In this document: piece after piece, positions 57,799 to 64,000 of the stretch
Numbering within the stretch: the stretch's first letter is position 1
How the letters are laid out: the number at the start of each line of letters is the position of its first letter
Source: Desulfurococcaceae archaeon UBA285
GTDB lineage: Archaea > Thermoproteota > Thermoprotei_A > Sulfolobales > Desulfurococcaceae
Direction: 5' to 3'
Length of the DNA: 64,000 nucleotides
Assembly (NCBI GenBank): GCA_002495025.1
Contig: DADP01000025.1
Location: 6,212-70,211 of the forward strand
The notes under the pieces: model-generated
Databases searched by the model: none
What the model was told of the DNA's origin: nothing
What the model saw: the letters and a program-made list of their open reading frames with translations, nothing else
Program-made: the position numbers and the translations under genes

Positions 57799-58352
57799 AG
57801 CTTATCTATTAATTCAAGTAGTTCGTTTGTCTTCACTATTCGTGCTCCAAGAACTTTCTCCATGTATTTCAACGCGTATTCATGGTCTTCTCTACTAAAC
57901 GCTGCAACAGCGTCTTCTACTATTATCAACTTAAATCTCTCGTAGTATGCATCGATAGCTGTGTGAAATACACAGATATGTGTATGTATTCCAGTTAAAA
58001 CCACTGTGTCTACTCCGAGATCTCTTAAAACATATGCTAACCCCGTTTCTCTAAACCCGCTATAAGACCTCTTGTAGAAGACTAGATCTCTATTCTCAAC
58101 TGGTTTTAATTCATCTACTATAGATGCCTCGGGATCACCTCTCATTGCATGAGGACCCCATATATTCAACTCGTAGTCTATTGGGAGGTGCTGGTCTGCC
58201 AAGTATATAACGGGAATGTTTTTCTCGCGGGCTTTTTCCACTATTTGCTTTATTCTTGGAAGTATTTCGAGCGCACTAGGACTTTTTAAGCGGCCATAAA
58301 CAAACTCTCTTAGCATATCTATAACTAGTATTGCAGGCTTCACCGAAGCCAC
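57795..58352 (-). CDS. pncA: isochorismatase-family cysteine hydrolase, probable nicotinamidase
   Basis: AILVIDM (Asp), FYKRSYSGF (Lys) and GIHTHICV (Cys) triad positions, with ADQH...PH as a possible metal site. GTG start. Confidence 0.55.
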   Translation of the reverse strand: MASVKPAILVIDMLREFVYGRLKSPSALEILPRIKQIVEKAREKNIPVIYLADQHLPIDYELNIWGPHAMRGDPEASIVDELKPVENRDLVFYKRSYSGFRETGLAYVLRDLGVDTVVLTGIHTHICVFHTAIDAYYERFKLIIVEDAVAAFSREDHEYALKYMEKVLGARIVKTNELLELIDKL

Positions 58353-58389
58353 CGTGTTTAAGTATATAGGTTTTTAATCTATTATTCTT

Positions 58390-58447
58390 TTTGATGATGA
58401 ACGACTTCGGTTCGGATTATATGAAGAGCCGTGTGAGGGCTGATTTC
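58390..58447 (+). ncRNA. C/D box sRNA (2'-O-methylation guide)
   Basis: C box ATGATGA 58394-58400, 12-nt guide ACGACTTCGGTT, D' CGGA 58413-58416, spacer TTAT, C' ATGAAGA 58421-58427, 12-nt guide GCCGTGTGAGGG, D box CTGA 58440-58443. TATA-like AGTATATA at 58361-58368 and T-rich 3' flank. Confidence 0.7.
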
Positions 58448-58554
58448 TCTGTGTATTTTTAGTGATCAATATATACCATATATACTTACATATTCGCCTA
58501 TTGATAAATTTATAAACTCTAGACTTCATTATATTGGTCTCGGGTGCGTATCAA

Positions 58555-59841
58555 ATGTCTGAATATGCAACTCTATATGAAAACGACCCGGTTTACCAAA
58601 TGGCTGTTAAACAATTAAAAGAAGCAGCCGGAATCCTAGGACTACCAGACGAATACGTTGAAGTACTTAGACACCCGGAAAAACTAGTACAAGTTAAAAT
58701 TGTTGTCAAGAGAGATAATGGCAAAGTAGAAACATATGTTGGATGGAGAAGCCAGCACAATAGTGCTCTAGGACCCTACAAAGGAGGTATTAGATACAGC
58801 CCCAACGCCACTGCAGGTGAAACTGTAGCTCTCTCAATGTGGATGACTTGGAAGAACTCTCTAGCTGGTATACCATATGGTGGTGGAAAAGGAGCTGTTA
58901 GAGTAGACCCCAAGACACTTTCACAGAGAGAACTAGAAGAACTAAGTAGAAAGTACTTTGCCGCACTAGCTAAAGACGTTGGTCCAGACCTAGACATTCC
59001 AGCACCAGACGTCTACACTAATCCACAAGTAATGGCTTGGTACTACGATGAATACGCAAAGATCACCGGACAACCATCATATGCATGGGGCGTAGTAACA
59101 GCTAAACCAGTAGACCTCGGCGGCCTACACGCTAGAGTAGTATCAACAGGATATGGAGTAGCATTAACAGCAAGAGAGGCAGCTAAGAGAGTGCTTGGCG
59201 GAGTAGAAGGCAAAACTGTAGCAGTACATGGATTTGGAAACGTTGGAATGTATGCTGCTAAATACCTAGCAGAGTGGGGAGCAATAGTTGTAGCAGTAAG
59301 CGACAGCCAGGGATACATATACAACCCGAAGGGATTAAACATTGATGAAGTAATAGAAGTAAAGAACAAGACAGGAAGCGTTATCAACTACAAGGGCGGA
59401 GGTGTAAAAGTATCTAAGAACCACATGGAACTCCTCGAACTCCCAGTAGACATACTCGTACCAGCTGCAATTGAAAACGTAATTACAGCTGAAAACGTAC
59501 ACAGAGTAAAAGCAAAAGTAATATCTGAGGGTGCAAATGGACCGACAACTCCAGAAGCAGACAGGATCCTACATGAAAAAGGCGTTGTAGTAGTACCAGA
59601 CATTCTAGCAAACGCTGGTGGAGTAACAATGAGCTGGATTGAGTGGAGCCACAACAGAATGGGATGCTTCCTAACAGACCAAGAAGCACTAGACAGACTA
59701 GACAAAATGATGTCTCAAAACTTCAATAGAGTATTCGACGAGTGGCAAAAGAAGTATTCACAATACCCAATGAGAATGGCAGCCTATGCCATAGCTGTTG
59801 ACAGAGTAGTAAGAGCGATGAAACTACGCGGCTGGATCTAG
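58555..59841 (+). CDS. gdhA: glutamate dehydrogenase
   Basis: YKGGIRY, PYGGGKGAV (catalytic Lys region) and the GFGNVG dinucleotide fold. Start taken at ATG 58555. Confidence 0.92.
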   Translation: MSEYATLYENDPVYQMAVKQLKEAAGILGLPDEYVEVLRHPEKLVQVKIVVKRDNGKVETYVGWRSQHNSALGPYKGGIRYSPNATAGETVALSMWMTWKNSLAGIPYGGGKGAVRVDPKTLSQRELEELSRKYFAALAKDVGPDLDIPAPDVYTNPQVMAWYYDEYAKITGQPSYAWGVVTAKPVDLGGLHARVVSTGYGVALTAREAAKRVLGGVEGKTVAVHGFGNVGMYAAKYLAEWGAIVVAVSDSQGYIYNPKGLNIDEVIEVKNKTGSVINYKGGGVKVSKNHMELLELPVDILVPAAIENVITAENVHRVKAKVISEGANGPTTPEADRILHEKGVVVVPDILANAGGVTMSWIEWSHNRMGCFLTDQEALDRLDKMMSQNFNRVFDEWQKKYSQYPMRMAAYAIAVDRVVRAMKLRGWI

Positions 59842-60086
59842 CCTCTTTTATAAACCAATTCTCCTTTTTTACTCCTTATTTCAACAACTCTGTGAAACGG
59901 TATTTGATCACCGTTTTTAGTAAATATATATCCTCCACGAACATCAATTATGATCTCGCCTGGAATAGGCTTGAGAGTCTCCTCGTTGTCAACTCTGTAT
60001 TTAACGTATATAAAGTACTCGCTACTCCTCCCAGTAAAAAATATCTTTTTCAACCATTCCTCTATTTCTCCTCTCTTTCTACCCAT
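59838..60086 (-). CDS. UPF0248/DUF504-family small protein
   Basis: 82 aa with an IPFHRVVEIR motif near the C-terminus, typical of this archaeal family. Confidence 0.5.
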   Translation of the reverse strand: MGRKRGEIEEWLKKIFFTGRSSEYFIYVKYRVDNEETLKPIPGEIIIDVRGGYIFTKNGDQIPFHRVVEIRSKKGELVYKRG

Positions 60087-60114
60087 TTACTCCCTCCACT
60101 ATATTCGAATTGTT

Positions 60115-61230
60115 TTATTTCTCTCTATAAGCTAGTTTATAAGTCAACCACTCTAGGAACTCTCTCGCCTCGCTAGAAATCTCCTTGGAGTCTTTGATAG
60201 CACCAAGTGCTTTCTCGACATTGTTTTTAATTGTTTTTTCACAGTATTCTAGTGCACCAGTAGTTTTCACTATTTCTCTAACTCTCTCTACGTATTCATC
60301 TGTTATTTCTTCTTCGCTCATTTCATCATAGACGAGTTCGAGGAGTTTTCTATCATCGCTACTAGCATACTCGTATGCTTTAATTACGAGTAGTGTTTTC
60401 TTCTTTCCTTTTACATCGCTACCAGCTGGTTTACCCGTTACACTGGGGTCTCCATATAATCCAATAATATCGTCTCTTATTTGGAAAGCCACACCCGCTG
60501 GATTAGCGTATTCTGAGAGTTCCCGTAGCAGTCTATCATTGTGTTTACCAGATGCTATTGCACCTAGGTGTAGTGGAAGTTCTATTGTGTAAGACGATGT
60601 CTTTAATTTATATACGAGTGTAATGTCTTCTTCTCCCACGTTTCGAAGTGGTAGTTTAGAGAATAATACATCTAGGTATTGTCCATAAGCTACTAGTCTA
60701 AGTCCACGTGTATATGTTGAAACCAGTTGTGGTACTAAGACTGGATCAATGTTTTTCGAGGCTAGTAGTCCAACAGCTAATGCTTCCAAGTAGTCTCCAG
60801 TTGTAATTGCCTGTGATATACCGTAGTGACTGCAATCACTCCAACCATGTTTCCTGCATATTTCTCTGAAAACAACGTGTGCTGTAGGCCCTCCTCTTCT
60901 AACCTCGTCTCTATCCATTATGTCGTCGTGTACTAGCAGATAGCTTTGGAGTAGTTCTATTGCAACCATAACATCCATTATTGGATTTAAACTACCACTA
61001 CCCCACTCGCGACTCCAATAACCAACAAGTGCTAATACAGCTCTTAGTCTCTTACCACCCCTCAATGTAAATTTTTTTGCAACATCAACTACATCTCTTG
61101 CTTTTATAGCTTCCAATTCTACTTCTCTATATAGCTCGTCGAAGAATGCTTTCAACCTCTCATTTACTCCTTGGACAACGAATTCTATTAACTTCTCTCT
61201 ACTCAAACCCTCGTATTTCAATTTATACAC
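60115..61230 (-). CDS. (all-E) polyprenyl diphosphate synthase, probably geranylgeranyl diphosphate synthase
   Basis: FARM LLVHDDIMD with Tyr at position -5, and SARM FQIRDDIIG. Start is GTG 61230 or TTG 61221 (GAGGTG-N6-TTG). The track ORF to 61314 would overlap nadX. Confidence 0.8.
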   Translation of the reverse strand: MYKLKYEGLSREKLIEFVVQGVNERLKAFFDELYREVELEAIKARDVVDVAKKFTLRGGKRLRAVLALVGYWSREWGSGSLNPIMDVMVAIELLQSYLLVHDDIMDRDEVRRGGPTAHVVFREICRKHGWSDCSHYGISQAITTGDYLEALAVGLLASKNIDPVLVPQLVSTYTRGLRLVAYGQYLDVLFSKLPLRNVGEEDITLVYKLKTSSYTIELPLHLGAIASGKHNDRLLRELSEYANPAGVAFQIRDDIIGLYGDPSVTGKPAGSDVKGKKKTLLVIKAYEYASSDDRKLLELVYDEMSEEEITDEYVERVREIVKTTGALEYCEKTIKNNVEKALGAIKDSKEISSEAREFLEWLTYKLAYREK

Positions 61231-61303
61231 CTCTATGTAAATAAAGACTTGGAAGTAAATATGTTGTTTTTCAATTCTTTTTCCTTGATCGTTGATTATT
61301 TGT

Positions 61304-62125
61304 TTATGTACCAACCTCTATTGGTTCCTCCACTACAATTCTCTTTAATAATTGGAGAGCTGATAGGGCTGCTAAATAACTTGTTTTTGGATTGAGAGGA
61401 TGTGGTGTATTCTCTACTCTTATATAGATTGTTGATACATTGCTTTCAACTTCTATTTCATGAATATTTCTCTTTAATTCTGGATCAGCATATACTTCAA
61501 CCCATGGAATTACTCCAGCGGCTAGTGATAGCGCAGCAACAACGTTTACATTTGCTGAAAATAGTTTTACAGCTACATCTCCCCTACCCTCATAGATCTT
61601 TGTCTTCGCAGTTACCTCCTTGAAGCCAAGTTTTTCAAGAGTATTCTTATCAAACGAATATACGTTTTTATATGTTCTAAGAACGATTCTCTTAATTCCT
61701 TTGTTTGAAAGAGCTTTAACAGCATCTAATCCGGCAATTGCACCTGTGGGTATGTATACTCTACTTCCACTCTTCATACAAGCCTGTTTTATCTCTTGGA
61801 GAGTGTTTTCATCGAGTAGAGCACCCACGCTAAGTATGACGGTGTTTATTCCTCGTGATAGTATTTTAGGAATGTATTCTTCTACAGCTTTTTGTGATGC
61901 TGCTTCTACTACTAGTTGTGGTTTAGAGTTAAACATACAATCTAGGTCTCTACAAATACTTATATTGGCTTTTACCGTGGGGCAGTAGTTTTCTAGTATT
62001 TTCTCGCATTTATCCGGGTATATGTCCATTAGAGCTGTTAATTCAGCATTTCTAATTTCTCCACTACATATGCTTTCAACTATTATTGATCCTATTGCTC
62101 CACATCCAAGAACGGCTATTTTCAC
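61304..62125 (-). CDS. nadX: L-aspartate dehydrogenase
   Basis: MKIAVLGCGAIG Rossmann N-terminus, PTGAIAGLDA, FSANVNVVAALSLA and HEIEVES...NPKTS, as in Thermotoga/Archaeoglobus NadX. Confidence 0.8.
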   Translation of the reverse strand: MKIAVLGCGAIGSIIVESICSGEIRNAELTALMDIYPDKCEKILENYCPTVKANISICRDLDCMFNSKPQLVVEAASQKAVEEYIPKILSRGINTVILSVGALLDENTLQEIKQACMKSGSRVYIPTGAIAGLDAVKALSNKGIKRIVLRTYKNVYSFDKNTLEKLGFKEVTAKTKIYEGRGDVAVKLFSANVNVVAALSLAAGVIPWVEVYADPELKRNIHEIEVESNVSTIYIRVENTPHPLNPKTSYLAALSALQLLKRIVVEEPIEVGT

Positions 62126-62982
62126 TTTTTAACCACCTCAACTATGTCTAAACTCATATCAATATGTCTACTCGACATTGTAATGTATCCACAACTAATG
62201 ACGTCTACGTCTAGTTTAGCGTATTCTAAAATGTTATCGGGTGTTATTCCACCAGATACTTCAATTAAAACTCTATCTCTCAACCCTCTCTTACGTAGTT
62301 CTTCTATAACTCTAGCTACTTCTTCCGGCTTCATATTATCAAGCATTACTACATCTACGCCGTATTCTACTGCTTTAATAGCATCTTCTACCGTTGACAC
62401 TTCAACTTCTATTTTATGGATAAAACTAGTTTTGCTTCTAGCTGTTTTAATTGCTTCTTCTAAATTACCAATAATGCTAATGTGGTTGTCTTTGATTAAT
62501 ACAGCGTCTGATAGAGAGTATCTATGCGCATCTCCACCACCAACTTGAACCGCCTTCTTTTCAAAGTATCTAAGGCCGGGTAGGGTCTTCCGTGTTGCCG
62601 CTATTTTAACCCTGTTGTTTACTCTTCTAACTAGTTCAACTAGTTTTCTAACTTCTGTTGCTATTCCACTACAATGCATTAGTAAATTCAATACAACTCT
62701 TTCAATACTTAATATTGTTCGTGCCGGCCCTACAACCTCTATTACTGTTTTTCCCCTGTCTACTTCTTCTCCATCTCTAACTCTTGGATCTACTTCTAAA
62801 CCTAGTTTACGCATAAAGTACACTACTTCTTCAATGCATGCTACAATGCCTTTTTGTTTAGCAACAATACGTGCTTTTACAGTTGTAGATTCTGGTATTA
62901 GTATATTTGTTGTAAGATCTCCAAATGGCATATCTTCTTCAATGAATTCTAGTAGTTTATTGTATATTACTTCTTCGACCAT
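62122..62982 (-). CDS. nadC: nicotinate-nucleotide pyrophosphorylase (quinolinate phosphoribosyltransferase)
   Basis: DLTT N-terminal motif, ATRKTLPGLR, GGGDAHR and MLDN. 4-nt overlap with nadX. Confidence 0.88.
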   Translation of the reverse strand: MVEEVIYNKLLEFIEEDMPFGDLTTNILIPESTTVKARIVAKQKGIVACIEEVVYFMRKLGLEVDPRVRDGEEVDRGKTVIEVVGPARTILSIERVVLNLLMHCSGIATEVRKLVELVRRVNNRVKIAATRKTLPGLRYFEKKAVQVGGGDAHRYSLSDAVLIKDNHISIIGNLEEAIKTARSKTSFIHKIEVEVSTVEDAIKAVEYGVDVVMLDNMKPEEVARVIEELRKRGLRDRVLIEVSGGITPDNILEYAKLDVDVISCGYITMSSRHIDMSLDIVEVVKK

Positions 62983-63938
62983 GGTGGTTCAACCCCTAGA
63001 ACTCTATATGTGTTTTCAATTGCCTTGACGACTCTACGAGCTATTTCTTCTGGTACTTCAACTCTATAGACTTTGTCTTTTAAACTCCTATAGACTTTTT
63101 CAATAGTTATTTTCTTCATGTCTAGACATATTGCACTCGTAGAAGCAGGAATAAATACTTTATCAGGGTTTTCTCTGGCCAATCTATAGATTAAACCTAT
63201 TTCTGTACCTACAAGAACATGTTTACACTGGCAGTTTCTAACAAATTTAATCATTTGACTAGTACTACCAATGAAATCAGCTTGTTTCTTTACATCGGCC
63301 GTGCACTCTGGGTGGGCAATGAATATGGAATCTCTATATAGAGTTTTCAAATTAGTGATTTCAAACGGGTTGAATTTTACGTGTACTGGACAGTGTCCAT
63401 TGGGTGGAATTGGAATAACTGTTTTACCTGTTACTTCTGCAACGTATTCAGCTAGGTGTCTATCTGGTCCAAATATGATTACATCACTATCAATAGCCTT
63501 GACGACGTTGACGGCATTAGCACTTGTAACAATGTAGTCTGACTCTGCTTTTACAATAGCTGGGCTGTTAACATACATTACAATTGGTGTATTGGGATAT
63601 TGCTTTCTAGCTCTACGTACATCTTCAAGTGTAATCATATTTGCCATTGGGCATTGAGCGCTTGGATCAGGGTGTAAAACAATTGCATTTCGATTTATTA
63701 CAGCTACTTGTTCAGCCATGAAGTCAACACCACAGAAGACAATATACTTCGCGTTTACTTCAACTGCAACTTTAATAGATAGTTCTAAACTGTCACCAAT
63801 ATAGTCTGCTACATCCTGGATTGAGGGTAATTGGTAATTATGTACTAGTATAACCGCGTCTAGTTCTTTCTTCAACTTCTTGATTTCTTGAATTAAATTG
63901 TCCACTATGTGATCACCGAACATGTGTTCGTTCTCCAA
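62967..63938 (-). CDS. nadA: quinolinate synthase
   Basis: ILVHNYQ, VFCGVDFMAE, YVNS and HPEC motifs. TTG start at 63938, with an alternative ATG at 63923. Confidence 0.88.
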   Translation of the reverse strand: MENEHMFGDHIVDNLIQEIKKLKKELDAVILVHNYQLPSIQDVADYIGDSLELSIKVAVEVNAKYIVFCGVDFMAEQVAVINRNAIVLHPDPSAQCPMANMITLEDVRRARKQYPNTPIVMYVNSPAIVKAESDYIVTSANAVNVVKAIDSDVIIFGPDRHLAEYVAEVTGKTVIPIPPNGHCPVHVKFNPFEITNLKTLYRDSIFIAHPECTADVKKQADFIGSTSQMIKFVRNCQCKHVLVGTEIGLIYRLARENPDKVFIPASTSAICLDMKKITIEKVYRSLKDKVYRVEVPEEIARRVVKAIENTYRVLGVEPPWSKK

Positions 63939-64000
63939 TTACAAAAATTAACGCATTACCAGTTTAAAGAGATTAGAATTCCATTATCTTTAAAACAACT

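Noticed and set aside
62144-63028. 134- and 137-aa ORFs antisense to nadC. Similar long antisense ORFs occur at 13837-14244, 16482-16979, 18883-19290, 23954-24412, 33777-34139, 34709-35152, 35297-35812, 44356-44793, 59043-59705 and 61620-61988.
   Set aside because: All lie opposite confidently identified genes and share the Ser/Thr/Leu/Pro-rich composition typical of antisense frames in this genome.

Overview
By eye this is a dense, AT-rich (about 35-40% GC) archaeal chromosome segment. Gene content looks crenarchaeal and Desulfurococcales-like; a Staphylothermus-type organism is only my guess and cannot be verified here. About 70 protein genes are tightly packed, with many 4-30 nt overlaps. 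Coding strands are strongly purine-loaded, which produces many long spurious antisense ORFs in the track.

Content is mostly core housekeeping:
- Information processing: family B DNA polymerase, archaeal DnaG, Pelota, aCPSF1, RtcA, RtcB, a tRNA-splicing endonuclease subunit, Sm protein and L37e, His/Val/Cys-tRNA synthetases, diphthine synthase, two proteasome beta paralogues, AGOG glycosylase.
- Redox metabolism: a two-subunit 2-oxoacid:ferredoxin oxidoreductase plus ferredoxin, a tungsten-type AOR with a Cmo-like radical SAM protein and a MoaD-like protein, and glutamate dehydrogenase.
- Archaeal lipid genes: G1P dehydrogenase, isopentenyl phosphate kinase, GGPP synthase.
- NAD genes: nadA-nadC-nadX, NMNAT, a nicotinamidase-like hydrolase.
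- A starch locus: a surface-anchored GH57 enzyme, an orphan MalK-like ATPase and a winged-helix regulator.

RNA genes I can support are an SRP (7S) RNA at about 21792-22082 (minus strand) and one C/D box sRNA at about 58390-58447 (plus strand). I saw no tRNA, rRNA, CRISPR array, transposase, integrase or obvious defence genes.

I did not find a convincing novel multi-gene system. The best leads are:
- a two-winged-helix, membrane-anchored regulator whose reading frame is split exactly at a T7 run (28674-28680)
- a GC-rich structured island ending in a U-tract hairpin, upstream of an atypical DAACS transporter
- a small ORF with classical C2H2 zinc-finger spacing heading the OFOR operon
- two unknown small ORFs co-oriented with the tRNA-splicing genes
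- a protein with a 40-residue poly-Lys/Arg/Ser tail

All functional calls come from motif recognition by eye. No database search was run.
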